64,000 bases of DNA from Patescibacteria group bacterium (GCA_041661385.1 JBAZUP010000002.1:78670-142669), one strand, 5' to 3'. Positions 51,701 through 62,347 are shown, counted from the stretch's first letter. The notes: a model not told the origin generated them from the sequence alone. Translations and numbers: made by a program.

Positions 51701-51822
51701 TTGTTACGCACAATCGTGTTACGATGCATGCGGCAGATGCTTTGTACGGCGTGGTTATGGGCACAGATGGTGTTTCGAAGCTGCTTAGCGTTAAAATTGA
51801 AGATGTTGCCAAAATTGATTAG
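48736..51822 (+). CDS. smc: Chromosome segregation protein SMC
   Basis: GFKSF, GPNGSGKSN, hinge region (MVTLDGD..GIMRGG), LSGGE, LDEVEAALD, VTH. Confidence 0.96.
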   Translation: MYLKRLEIQGFKSFANKTTLDFLPPKDGVFSLTSIVGPNGSGKSNVTDAIRWVMGETSMKNVRAKKSEDVIFNGSENKGAMGSAEVSMTLDNKDNDFNDEVLQNYPEITITRRLYRTGESEYLVNNMPSRLIDIHLLLARARFAQHAYSIVGQGMIDRLLTVTPAERKDFFDEACGIKEQQIKQHQAQLKLVRTEENIKQAETLLAEVEPRLNLLRRQVRKLEKRQEVEQELTAAQERYYSILFSRSKKEMDEVKLKLQTLNTSYRAGFSDLEKTQGELAELARGSSRQQVFESLQNKYQEVVKEKNELERQLVILEGQMQTKYSEAGAHNVGWIENKVSELSLNISGVKGRLEEARAEADRNAKMASEQKKQLENISIEQTQQRLKISRLQTQLLSNQSEQSYRDIVGLTAVKAVLENRKKFGKVHGLVAELAEVDEEYRLALEVASGAHLSSIVVEDEIVAREAINFLRENKYGVATFLPHTRVRARQSYTETESLLREEGVLGKAINLIRFDSKFDNIFSMILGDTIVVKNLRVAERLGIGRARMVTLDGDLVEQRGIMRGGYRNRRGNITFSAKLTLSNDEQMQEMQSALTLETNNLVELERKMESTKSKMVDFSILERSSTEKVRMIESELTNDEKEVATLKRELSLFQSGPEEYSQHLKGMAEEKEKVLKKILAADKIVVAASGDIEKFNREEEEKKQRVFALQGQMQKEQEKVNQILNERNDLSVQMAKLETHLEDLSQEVMNEMKVSLESVVSRVPTPVADAAQLDVLAGDIQKLKYQLSLIGGIDEEVVKEYGETKERYEFLDGQLTDLRSAMEDLQTMIEELDALMKKKRAVAFKKIRHDFDRYFQILFGGGKANLEEIYGEPPVEIEEVIGAEVSGVALVQQNEAAEEEKEVKKKKNEKVLTGIEVMANPPGKKVRYLSMLSGGERTLTSIALICAILFNNPSPFVVLDEVEAALDEANTLRFVKIMSELSHHSQFIIVTHNRVTMHAADALYGVVMGTDGVSKLLSVKIEDVAKID

Positions 51823-52012
51823 TTATAATTATTAAAGACCGAATAACCCAGGTTTTGCGGGCGTTGGGTTGACAAAAGGTCTTTTTTTTGTTATTTTAAG
51901 TTATTAATTTTCGATATTGATTTGGGAATATTGTTCCCAAATCAATGTCCGAAAATGGACAGATGTAATTGTTCTTTTTATCGCTGTCTAACTCTAACCA
52001 AGGAGTAGCGCC

Positions 52013-52342
52013 ATGACCACAACCAAAAATCATCGCGTCCTTATTGTTGCAAGCTTGACCGATGGAGACCCCACTCCCGAGCAGCTGAAAGACGCCGTGT
52101 TCTTCGACAGAAAAGTCTCTTTTTTCTATACCATGCCGAGCGAGGCCGCGGCCGAGTTCCACATGCTTCCGGAGGGGACTATCGAAGTTAGGTTGTACAA
52201 GGCAATGCAGACCAAGCCGGGTGCTTTTTTGCTCCGGGGTGTGTACTATCACCCCGACGGCCAGAAGCCCCTCACCGTGGACGGGATGTATTATACGAAT
52301 CCGGTCTCCGGCTTCCTCGATCTCGGAAAAACCTTTGTCTAA
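52013..52342 (+). CDS. Hypothetical protein, tandem family member 1
   Basis: AGGAG RBS; FFYTMPSEAA..DGMYY. Confidence 0.7.
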   Translation: MTTTKNHRVLIVASLTDGDPTPEQLKDAVFFDRKVSFFYTMPSEAAAEFHMLPEGTIEVRLYKAMQTKPGAFLLRGVYYHPDGQKPLTVDGMYYTNPVSGFLDLGKTFV

Positions 52343-52359
52343 TTATTTGGAGAACAGAA

Positions 52360-52662
52360 ATGAACAAACTTTTTCTTCTCCATGTCGTTAAGGGGATAAA
52401 CCCGTCTGTGGATCATTTGCTGAACAAAACGGAAAGGGTGGTTTTCACCTATACGACTGATTCTGAGGCGGCAAGAGCGCTCAAGATTCCTGATCATGGT
52501 CAAATGTTTTTCAATTTGACCTGTTGCATTCTTAGCTCCGCCCTAATCAACGTCTTCGTTGTAAAGGGCAAAAGCATCGATGACCGACTTCTAATGAACG
52601 GGACTTATTACCCGGTCAAAGAGGTTGGCAAACTGGCTGTTTGCATGAACGTGCCGAAATAA
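52360..52662 (+). CDS. Hypothetical protein, tandem family member 2
   Basis: GGAG RBS; FTYTTDSEAA..NGTYYP. Confidence 0.65.
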   Translation: MNKLFLLHVVKGINPSVDHLLNKTERVVFTYTTDSEAARALKIPDHGQMFFNLTCCILSSALINVFVVKGKSIDDRLLMNGTYYPVKEVGKLAVCMNVPK

Positions 52663-52685
52663 ACATTTCAGCATTGGGAGACTCC

Positions 52686-52982
52686 ATGTCGCATTCGAGA
52701 AAAATCCACATTCTTGACCTTACCACGGAAGTGGATGCAGAGAAGGCATTTGCTTCTTTGTTCAAGGGAATACCGATGGAAATCGGCTTCAAAACCGACA
52801 AAAAAACTGCCCAAGCAATTGGGATCGAGGTTCGTGGCAATCTCAATGTTTCCTGGTGCCACATTACCAGAATGGCGGAGATGTTTGTTTTCGAAGGAGC
52901 GTGCTCGCGCGGATTCAGCGTGCGCTGCTGGTATTGCCCAGATCGGTCCATCCGCCGCATTGAGCTCAAGGAAAAGAGTTAG
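52686..52982 (+). CDS. Hypothetical protein, possible tandem family member 3
   Basis: GGGAG RBS before ATG 52686; IGFKTDKKTA..CWYCP. Confidence 0.6.
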   Translation: MSHSRKIHILDLTTEVDAEKAFASLFKGIPMEIGFKTDKKTAQAIGIEVRGNLNVSWCHITRMAEMFVFEGACSRGFSVRCWYCPDRSIRRIELKEKS

Positions 52983-53138
52983 ATTGTTGTAAACAGGCCT
53001 GCCGACCTGAACTTCGGCAGCAGTATATTGGAGTATAAATATTGACAAACTCCCGGGTTTATACTATAGTAATGCTGCTCTCGCCCTAAATGGGGTCAAA
53101 AAAAGTCACAGTTTTATCTAAACTGAAAATAATACATT

Positions 53139-53513
53139 ATGTTAACCATTCGCTTACAACGCGTTGGAAAAAAGAAAATTGCCACTTATCGTTTGGTCAT
53201 TTCTGAAAAAGCCCGCGACACCCAAGACCGATATTTGGAATTACTTGGTACTTACAACCCTCACGCAAAAGAAAATCAATTTTTGCCAATTGCTGAAAGA
53301 ATTACTTATTGGATTAGCAAGGGTGCAGAAACTTCCCCAACTGTTCACAATCTTTTGGTAAAAGCCGGCATCTTGAAAGAAAAGAAAGTTAAAGCTGTTT
53401 ACCTTTCAAAGAAACGCCACGCCAAGATTGCTGAAAAAGCCGCTTCAAAGAAAGCCGCTGACGATAAGAAAGCCGCAGTCGCCGCAGCACCAGCTCCGGA
53501 AGTTGCAGCCTAA
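53139..53513 (+). CDS. rpsP: 30S ribosomal protein S16
   Basis: MLTIRLQRVGKK..YRLV..ELLGTYNP..YWISKGA. Confidence 0.97.
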   Translation: MLTIRLQRVGKKKIATYRLVISEKARDTQDRYLELLGTYNPHAKENQFLPIAERITYWISKGAETSPTVHNLLVKAGILKEKKVKAVYLSKKRHAKIAEKAASKKAADDKKAAVAAAPAPEVAA

Positions 53514-53570
53514 GCATAAAAAGAATATACTACCCTGCACTGAAATAGTGCAGGGTTTTTTTTAAAATTT

Positions 53571-54557
53571 ATGGATAATTTATCATTTTTAGAACGGCCT
53601 AAATTAAACGGCGAAATTTCAATTGTTGGCATTCCGCTTGATTTGGGAAAAGATTCGGTCGGCACGGACAAAGGGCCGGCGGCTTTGCGCAAAGAGGGTG
53701 TTTCTTCCATGCTCGAAGAAATCGGTTACAAGGTGGAAGATGTCGGTGATATTTCTTGCCCGGATCAGACTATGGCCGAGGTTGGAAATACAAAAGCAAA
53801 ATATTTAGATGCAATAGTTACCGTTTCTGAAAATATCGCCAAAGTTGTCGCTGAAAAAATTAAGAGCGGTAAAAAGATTTTGGCAATTGGCGGAGATAAT
53901 ACAATTTCGATAGGAACACTTTCTGGTGCGGGGGAGGCGTTTAAAGACGATTTAGGAGTAATTTGGATTGATGCGCACGCTGATATTAATACCGATGAGA
54001 CCAGTCTTTCCGGAAATGTGCACGGCATGCCAATTTCCGCCGCGCTTGGCCTAGGAAATAAATCTCTAGTTGGTATTCGTTCGGCCGGCCGAAAACTTAA
54101 GCCGGAAAATTTAGTTTATGTAGGTCTGAAAGATTTAGATCAGGCGGAAGTGGATATTATTAGAGAACAAAAAATTGCGAGCGTTACCATGCTGGAAATT
54201 GCCGAGCAGGGGTTAGCTCCAGCTTTTGAAAAAATAAAAAAATTATCGCAAAAAGTTTCTAAAGTATGGGTCTGTCTCGACATTGATTCAATGGATGAAG
54301 AGTGCGCGCCCGGTACGCCCATGGCGACGAGGGGCGGTTTGAATTATCGTGAAAGTCTTAACCTTGCTAAATACATCGGAAAAGTTTGTAATGTGGCCGG
54401 TGTTGATGTATCGGAGCTTGCGCCGGATCTTGATTCAGAAAACAAGACTTCGCGTTTAGTTGTTGAACTGATTGCTAATTATTTTGGCGGTCAATACTCC
54501 TGGTATACCCGTTATATGAATGAAGAACAGAAGAAACAGGCAAAAAGACGGGGTTGA
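53571..54557 (+). CDS. Arginase family ureohydrolase
   Basis: GIPLDLG, GP.ALR, GGDN (H->N), WIDAHADIN, SGNVHGMP, LDIDSMD, PGT. Confidence 0.88.
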   Translation: MDNLSFLERPKLNGEISIVGIPLDLGKDSVGTDKGPAALRKEGVSSMLEEIGYKVEDVGDISCPDQTMAEVGNTKAKYLDAIVTVSENIAKVVAEKIKSGKKILAIGGDNTISIGTLSGAGEAFKDDLGVIWIDAHADINTDETSLSGNVHGMPISAALGLGNKSLVGIRSAGRKLKPENLVYVGLKDLDQAEVDIIREQKIASVTMLEIAEQGLAPAFEKIKKLSQKVSKVWVCLDIDSMDEECAPGTPMATRGGLNYRESLNLAKYIGKVCNVAGVDVSELAPDLDSENKTSRLVVELIANYFGGQYSWYTRYMNEEQKKQAKRRG

Positions 54558-54679
54558 CTTTTCACCCTATTTATGGTATAATGTATTCATTGAAAAGCAG
54601 TACTGGTAGGTCCTGAGTTAATCAGGATTCTGCACTACGTCGACAGGCTGCACTTATAGAAATGTTAAGAATTGACAAT

Positions 54680-55018
54680 ATGGAAATGGATCAAAAGTTT
54701 GTTGAAGATGTCGTTCGCGCCATCACCAACAACCCAAGCGATGTCAAAACCAACAGAACCATCGACGAGCGCGGTGTTCTCATCACCTTAGATGTGAATC
54801 CAGCCGACATGGGTTATGTTATTGGTCGCCAGGGTCAGACTGCCAGATCTATCCGCACTCTCCTCAAAATCGTTGGAGCCAAGAATAACGCTCGCGTTAA
54901 CTTGAAAATCAACGAACCAGTAGGTGGTCGCGGACCAGCTCCAAGAATGGACTCACAAATGGGTTCAATGGACTCACAGCCAATCGATACCAGCGCTGTA
55001 GACAATCTGGAAATCTAA
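54680..55018 (+). CDS. khpA: KH-domain RNA-binding protein KhpA
   Basis: DMGYVIGRQGQTARSIRTLL; rpsP-trmD context. Confidence 0.9.
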   Translation: MEMDQKFVEDVVRAITNNPSDVKTNRTIDERGVLITLDVNPADMGYVIGRQGQTARSIRTLLKIVGAKNNARVNLKINEPVGGRGPAPRMDSQMGSMDSQPIDTSAVDNLEI

Positions 55019-55162
55019 AGATAAAAAATCTTCAAACCACTCCGAGTAATCGGGGTGGTTTTTTGTTAAAAAAATACGGTGCACAATTGGATACTTCTTT
55101 TTTTTATTTTATGCTATATTAGTCTCAGCGTTTCCATAAACCTCCACCCATGAGGGTTCGGA

Positions 55163-55417
55163 ATGGCACTCAAGCCTCATCACAGAAAGCAGCGTGAGCG
55201 CATTCTCGCGGACGTACTTCTTCGGGAGGCCGAGGCAGAATTGCCGCTTGGCCACAAGGTTCACATGTTCCGGCCGAAGCCGGAATTCCTGATGATTCAA
55301 GGAGACACACTCGAGGAGTGGAGGAAGGCTGTGCACCCGTACTATGCACAACTCATCGCCGACGCAGTGCGGGAACTCGCAGCCATGAGGAGTGCCGGCA
55401 TCATGCTGGCCAGTTAG
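55163..55417 (+). CDS. Small GC-rich hypothetical protein
   Basis: GAGGG RBS; followed by a gggcgtcccgact..agtcgggacgccc hairpin. Confidence 0.6.
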   Translation: MALKPHHRKQRERILADVLLREAEAELPLGHKVHMFRPKPEFLMIQGDTLEEWRKAVHPYYAQLIADAVRELAAMRSAGIMLAS

Positions 55418-55539
55418 CCGTTTCACGGCCATTCGTTCTTTTCCACCAGGGCGTCCCGACTTTTAGTCGGGACGCCCTAATCATTATATTAAGTTGTTTT
55501 TTAGTATTTTTCATGTTAGGATAGGCACATAATTTATAT

Positions 55540-56217
55540 ATGAAATTTGAAATCATAACCATTTTTCCAAAATTCTTTGAGAGCTTTAAAACCGAGGCTT
55601 TGATTTCGCGCGCAGAAAAAAAGAAGCTGGTTGAAATTAATACTCATTATCTTCGGGATTTTGCAGATGATAAACGCGGCACTGTGGACGATCGTCCTTA
55701 TGGCGGGGGAGCGGGAATGGTTTTAATGTTTGAACCGATTTATAAAGCGATTAAAAAAATAAAAAAAGCCAAAAAAACCAAAATAATTGTTTTTAATCCA
55801 AAAGGTAAAAAGTTTACGCAAGAAATGGCCCGTGACTGGGCAAAGCTTGATCAGTTAATAATGGTTTGCGGGCGCTACGAAGGAATTGATGAACGAGTTA
55901 TGGCTGAGGTCGCTGATGAAGAAATTTCTATTGGTGATTATGTTTTGTTCGGCGGTGAAGTGCCGGCGATGGTGGTGATGGAAGCAATTACCAGGCTTCT
56001 TCCGGGAGCGATTGGCAAACAAGAATCATTAAATGACGAATCTTTTAAAAGTGTAAAAGGCATTGAAGGGGAACAGCTTACAAAATATTTGGAATATCCG
56101 CACTATACTCGACCGGAAGTAATCAAATTCGGCAAGAAAAAATTAGCGGTGCCCGAGGTTTTGCTGTCTGGTGATCATAAAAAAATTGAAGAATGGCGCA
56201 AAGGAAAAAGTAAATAA
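55540..56217 (+). CDS. trmD: tRNA (guanine-N1)-methyltransferase
   Basis: DDRPYGGGAGM, CGRYEGIDERV, SIGDYVLFGGE, LEYPHYTRP, VPEVLLSGDH. Confidence 0.97.
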   Translation: MKFEIITIFPKFFESFKTEALISRAEKKKLVEINTHYLRDFADDKRGTVDDRPYGGGAGMVLMFEPIYKAIKKIKKAKKTKIIVFNPKGKKFTQEMARDWAKLDQLIMVCGRYEGIDERVMAEVADEEISIGDYVLFGGEVPAMVVMEAITRLLPGAIGKQESLNDESFKSVKGIEGEQLTKYLEYPHYTRPEVIKFGKKKLAVPEVLLSGDHKKIEEWRKGKSK

Positions 56218-56224
56218 TAAAAAT

Positions 56225-56806
56225 ATGTCTAAACTAAAACCAATCGCAAATTTTCTTTTTGAAGTTGGAATGTTAAATCGCACGCCCCGTAGCGGTTTTC
56301 AGTTTCTCGGTAGTGGTGACCAGAGCGTTGCGGAGCACACCAATCGAACCATGTATATTAGTTATGTGCTTGGCAAACTCGACGGCACAGTTAATATTGA
56401 AAAGATGTTAATTGAAGCAATGTTTCACGATTTGGGTGAGGCGCGGGTTTCGGATCTTAATCATATCCATCAAAAATATACGGAACGCTTTCAAGCCGAT
56501 GCAGTAAAAGATGTGGCGGCTGGTTTGCCGTTTGGGGCCGAAATGGTGCAGTCTTATACTGAACACGAAGAACGCAAAACCCCGGAATCAAAATTGGTAA
56601 AAGATGCTGATACTTTGGAATGGATTATTTCTTTGAAGGAACAAGCCGACATCGGAAATGAACGGGCAAATTTTTGGATTGAGAGTGCCAAGGAACGGTT
56701 ACATTCAGAAATCGCCAAAGAACTTTGTGAAGAAATATTGAAGACGGATTCGAACGAATGGTGGGGTGGACAGGCCGGCGGGGAGGCGTGGAAAAACAAA
56801 ACCTAA
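56225..56806 (+). CDS. HD-domain hydrolase (YfbR/HD_3-like 5'-deoxynucleotidase)
   Basis: PRSGF, SVAEH, FHDLGEAR..D, VKDADTLE. Confidence 0.85.
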   Translation: MSKLKPIANFLFEVGMLNRTPRSGFQFLGSGDQSVAEHTNRTMYISYVLGKLDGTVNIEKMLIEAMFHDLGEARVSDLNHIHQKYTERFQADAVKDVAAGLPFGAEMVQSYTEHEERKTPESKLVKDADTLEWIISLKEQADIGNERANFWIESAKERLHSEIAKELCEEILKTDSNEWWGGQAGGEAWKNKT

Positions 56807-56835
56807 ATAGGCTAGCTTATCCACAATCTATGCCC

Positions 56836-56864
56836 TTGACAGGGTGCTTCAAATAAGCTAAAAT
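56836..56864 (+). promoter_or_regulatory. rRNA promoter
   Basis: TTGACA-17 nt-TAAAAT; perfect DnaA box TTATCCACA at 56817-25. Confidence 0.75.
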
Positions 56865-57299
56865 GGTGTAACGTAAATTTAGACCCTAACCCGGTCGCCC
56901 CTATAAAAATTAATAGACTTCCTCTAAGTCCTACCGACAGTATCTAACGGTAACGAAACTGGAGAGAAAAAAGAGTAACTCATTTATTGGTTCCTCTTTT
57001 TTCTTTCTACGAAGCAGTTCGAAAAAAAACGAACCGGCCCGCCGTAAAAAGAATGAACTTTGACAATACAAATGTGACAAAAACCATTAACAGTTAAACG
57101 TTGGTTTAATTGTTATAATAATCGTCTATTATAATCTTTGAAATATTCTTCTTCGGCTTCGGCCGGAAGTAATTTCAAGATCCAACAAATCCAAAATAAT
57201 TAACCTCGTTCATTGAACGAGTTTCAATTCTCTTATGATAAGTTGAACAAGGAGCGAGGCCTGCGCAAGCGGACTTGAACACCGTTCTACATACTTATC

Positions 57300-58860
<1,561 letters not shown>

Positions 58861-58991
58861 CTGGAGATACTCAGTCGAAAGACTGTGATTATCCATAGTC
58901 GAATCCCGATATATAGTGAAACTTCGGTTTCTCTATGGGATGAGTAGACGAAAGGTTTTTGTCACTTTGTATTGTGAAAACAATAACACTG

Positions 58992-59025
58992 ACTAAAAAG
59001 CTATCCTTCGGGATAGTTTTTTAGT
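58992..59025 (+). terminator. Terminator of the 16S transcript
   Basis: actaaaaagctatcc-ttcg-ggatagtttttagt. Confidence 0.85.
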
Positions 59026-59131
59026 TATGAAAATGGAATTTAAAATTTGTTTTATTAAGATGTTGATTCTTGACTTTTCGGTCGTTTTGGGGTATGTTGA
59101 AAATGCCCAAGCGGGCCGAAAGGAATGACAC

Positions 59132-59455
59132 ATGCAATTACTGCTAATAGTCATTTACATTCTGGCCCAGATTTTGGGAAACGGTGGAAGCGCTCAAAAA
59201 AGCGCTCCGGCCTCTGCGCCCATAAAGGCACAGCTCAACTACGCAATTCTCAGGTCTGATTGCAAGGCAATCCCCGTCGATGCTGCCGGTAGGCAGTTCA
59301 TGGAGATTAATCTTCAAGAATTAGACCCGGAGACGGACGAAAGCAAATCAAAACAATCGTGCAAAATTGGCGCGAACACATCAATCATTAACCCCGTAAA
59401 GGCGGTGTGGATCAAAAAAAAGGAGGTACCGCGACCGGTAGTTCATTATATTTAG
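59132..59455 (+). CDS. Exported hypothetical protein
   Basis: GAAAGGA RBS; hydrophobic N-terminus; ggaaggtggcgcgcta..tagcgcgccaccttcc hairpin downstream. Confidence 0.6.
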   Translation: MQLLLIVIYILAQILGNGGSAQKSAPASAPIKAQLNYAILRSDCKAIPVDAAGRQFMEINLQELDPETDESKSKQSCKIGANTSIINPVKAVWIKKKEVPRPVVHYI

Positions 59456-59581
59456 GAGGACCTGGAAGGTGGCGCGCTAGTTAGCGCGCCACCTTCCACA
59501 CAATACACAATACCCGGTGTATTTTTGTTTGGCTTTAGCTTGACTTTTTGACAACTTTTGTATATAATTTTCAGTACTTAT

Positions 59582-59658
59582 GGGCAATTAGCTCAGTTGG
59601 TTAGAGCGTTACATTGACATTGTAAAGGTCAGAGGTTCAACTCCTCTATTGCCCACCA
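59582..59658 (+). tRNA. tRNA-Val(GAC), CCA encoded
   Basis: gggcaat/attgccc; ttaca-ttGACat-tgtaa; GGTTCAACTCC. Confidence 0.95.
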
Positions 59659-59773
59659 GAGTTGAACAAGGGTTGGAAAGGGAAGTATTCCCTTTCTTGT
59701 TGAGGAAGAGTATTGAGAAACCCGAAGGTTTCTCAAAGAGCGTAAGCGAGTTCAACTCCTCTATTGCCCACCA
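59659..59773 (+). repeat. tRNA-linked structured element, Val copy, ending in a duplicate of the tRNA-Val 3' end
   Basis: Starts GAGTTGAAC; GAGGAAG..TTGAGAAACC-CGAA-GGTTTCTCAA; ends GTTCAACTCCTCTATTGCCCACCA. Confidence 0.85.
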
Positions 59774-59787
59774 AACTATGAAGTCAT

Positions 59788-60003
59788 ATGGAAAATGAAT
59801 CAAGTTTAGAAATTAAGAAATTGAATGAGTTGGCAGATAAGCTAGAAGAGCTAAATGGTGGTAAAGAGATTCCTGGTGCTTTAGGAGTATTTGTGAAATT
59901 GCTGAGGGTAGGAAAACGCGAAGAAGCCGTCTCAAGAGTAAAAAATGAATTGTTCGACAAATTGACCGATGAAGAAAGAAAAATAATTGGCGATTATTTA
60001 TAG
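59788..60003 (+). CDS. Small hypothetical protein
   Basis: 71-aa ORF between the Val element and tRNA-Ile. Confidence 0.55.
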   Translation: MENESSLEIKKLNELADKLEELNGGKEIPGALGVFVKLLRVGKREEAVSRVKNELFDKLTDEERKIIGDYL

Positions 60004-60011
60004 TAAATAGC

Positions 60012-60085
60012 GGGCGTGTAGCTCAGATGGTTAGAGCGCGTCACTGATAATGACGAGGTCCCCGGTTCGATTCCAGGCACGCCCA
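60012..60085 (+). tRNA. tRNA-Ile(GAT), CCA not encoded
   Basis: gggcgtg/cacgccc; cgtca-ctGATaa-tgacg; GGTTCGATTCC. Confidence 0.95.
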
Positions 60086-60128
60086 CATAAATAAAAATTC
60101 CCAACAGGGGATTTTTTATTTATGTTAG

Positions 60129-60252
60129 CCTGTGAATCGAACGGGAAAGGGAGAAAACGGGAGTTTTCTCTTGCCGAGGAAAGTCCACGAAAACCCGAAG
60201 GTTTTCGTGAGAGCGAACGAAGTGAGCGAGTGAGATTCCGCACGCCCACATA
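60129..60252 (+). repeat. tRNA-linked structured element, Ile copy, ending in a duplicate of the tRNA-Ile 3' end
   Basis: Starts CCTGTGAATCGAAC; core nearly identical to the Asn copy; ends GATTCC-GCACGCCCACATA. Confidence 0.85.
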
Positions 60253-60258
60253 TAAAGA

Positions 60259-60834
60259 TTAGAATCGAAAACCGGACAAGATTATGCCAAAATTTTTCAA
60301 AAATAATATTGTTGTAATAGCTGAAATACAAATTAGAAAAATGAATGATGAAATTTTGTATAATTTTTTTTCTTGTGGAAAGTAATTCGTTATTTTTGCA
60401 ACGTATAATATTAGTAGGGGCGGCAGTATCAAATTATACATTATGCCTGCCATGTATCCAGCCATATCACCATCTTTTGATAGGTCAACAAATAAATCCG
60501 TGATAAAATTACCAGTTAAATAACCGTAATGGGAGTAGTTAACTACTTGAAATCTTGCATATAATATCGAAAAAAGTCCATGAATTATTGCTAGGATGCT
60601 CCAGGTGATAGTGGTTTTATTAACCCATGATTTATGGGTAATATATCCGTAACCGATGGCAGTAAGAGTGATAGAAAATAATATTCTTATTCCTGTAATA
60701 ACGAAAAATGAGTCTACAATATTTATTAAAAAAAAGATATTTGATAGTATTCCTATAATTCCTATAATTTCAAGTATAACTCCCACAAGAAGATTTGTTT
60801 TTGGTGGTGGGTTAAGTTGTGTTGTTGTTTCCAT
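60259..60834 (-). CDS. AT-rich polytopic membrane protein
   Basis: About five hydrophobic segments. Confidence 0.65.
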   Translation of the reverse strand: METTTQLNPPPKTNLLVGVILEIIGIIGILSNIFFLINIVDSFFVITGIRILFSITLTAIGYGYITHKSWVNKTTITWSILAIIHGLFSILYARFQVVNYSHYGYLTGNFITDLFVDLSKDGDMAGYMAGIMYNLILPPLLILYVAKITNYFPQEKKLYKISSFIFLICISAITTILFLKNFGIILSGFRF

Positions 60835-60927
60835 ATTTATTATATTTATGTAAAGATATTTGAATAAAGTATACCTTTATATCAATATATTGTCACGAAT
60901 GACAAAAGGTGCTAACATGGCGAGGTT

Positions 60928-62268
60928 ATGCAAGTAAAAATCGAAAAACTCGTATTTGGCGGGCAGGGCCTGGCACGGAGTGATGGCCAGGTGATTTTTG
61001 TTTGGGGCGGACTTCCGGGAGAAGAAGTAGAAATAAAAGTTTTGAAGAAAAAGAAAAACTTTGTCGAGGGGGTAGTGATAAATGTTTTATCCGCTTCGCC
61101 CGACCGCGTTAAGCCCGCTGAGGAGCATTTTTTGTCTTGCTCACCCTGGCAAACTATTGGTTTTGAAAAAGAGAACGAATGGAAAAAAACTATCGCCGAA
61201 GAAACTTACAGCCGCCTCGCGGGAATAAAAGATTTAAATTTGGAAATAGTTTCTGGTACAGAAGAATACGGTTACCGAAACAAAATGGAATATAATTTTA
61301 CCGCGGGTAAAAATGGCGGAGTATCGCTCGCTTTTCATCACCGTGGTACTCACGATTTATACGAGGTAGAAAAATGCGTGCTTGCGGACAAAAAAATTCA
61401 GGAGTCAAGTGCGCAAATTGTGAATATCTTGAATACCAACCAAGTACCGCTAAATGTGCTAAAGAGTTTGATTGTAAGAAGCGACAAAAAGGGGGTAGCG
61501 GCGGTTTTGTTTGTTACAAATCGGGAGTTTTTAAATATTTACCCAGAGCTTTCTACTATTGATGACCTTGTCGGCTGGCAAGTGTATTTTTCAAATCCGT
61601 TTTCTCCCGCTTCAGTCCCAACTGAATTGATTGGGCAGAACGGTAAGACCGAATTGGATTATATTTTAAATGGTGTAAAACTTAGTTGTGGTCTGCTTAG
61701 TTTTTTTCAGATTAACCCTTCAATTTTTGAAGAAACCCTAAAAGACATTGGACAACACTTGTCCAGTGGGCCTGCCCGCAATGCTACGCATAGCGTTGCC
61801 CGCCGGCATGCCTTTGGCAAAGCCAATGGCGGCCAGGCAGGCGGGCGAGTTGTGGATTATTATTCGGGGGTAGGGGCAATTGGTTTAGCCTTGCATGATA
61901 AGTATAAAGAAGCCGTTTTGATTGAAGAAAATAGAGAAGCGGCTGAATTTGCGGAAATGAATATTAAGAAAAATGGTTTTAAAAATGTTAAAGTTGTTAA
62001 CTCTTTATCGGAAACGGCAAAAGCAGAAATCGGGGAGGATGATATTGTAATTTTGGATCCGCCTCGCACCGGACTTCACAAAGATTTTACAAAGGAATTA
62101 ATAAATAGCCGTCCGAAGAAAATAATATATCTGTCTTGCGGGTTAGACACACACGCTAGGGATATTTCGGTTTTATCTCTTATCTACAAACCAGTCTTCT
62201 GGAAACTTTATAATTTTTTTCCTCACACTCCGCATATTGAAGGATTGTGCGTACTTGAGCGTAAATAA
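60928..62268 (+). CDS. 23S rRNA (uracil-5)-methyltransferase RlmD/RlmCD family with an in-frame palindromic insertion
   Basis: TRAM-like N-terminus (GGLPGEEV), YRNK, FFQIN, DYYSGVGAIG, LDPPRTG, YLSC, FPHTPHIE. Confidence 0.9.
   Translation: MQVKIEKLVFGGQGLARSDGQVIFVWGGLPGEEVEIKVLKKKKNFVEGVVINVLSASPDRVKPAEEHFLSCSPWQTIGFEKENEWKKTIAEETYSRLAGIKDLNLEIVSGTEEYGYRNKMEYNFTAGKNGGVSLAFHHRGTHDLYEVEKCVLADKKIQESSAQIVNILNTNQVPLNVLKSLIVRSDKKGVAAVLFVTNREFLNIYPELSTIDDLVGWQVYFSNPFSPASVPTELIGQNGKTELDYILNGVKLSCGLLSFFQINPSIFEETLKDIGQHLSSGPARNATHSVARRHAFGKANGGQAGGRVVDYYSGVGAIGLALHDKYKEAVLIEENREAAEFAEMNIKKNGFKNVKVVNSLSETAKAEIGEDDIVILDPPRTGLHKDFTKELINSRPKKIIYLSCGLDTHARDISVLSLIYKPVFWKLYNFFPHTPHIEGLCVLERK
61771..61846 (+). 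repeat. GC-rich nested palindromic element inside the methyltransferase CDS
   Basis: cctgcc..ggcagg enclosing gcaatgcta-cgca-tagcgttgc and ccgcc..ttggcaaagccaa..ggcgg. Confidence 0.75.
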
Positions 62269-62347
62269 CCCACCTTGCTTTACAAGCTTCTATAACCATG
62301 AGATAGTAATATAATCTCATTTTTGTTTATTCCTATTTTTTTATTAT

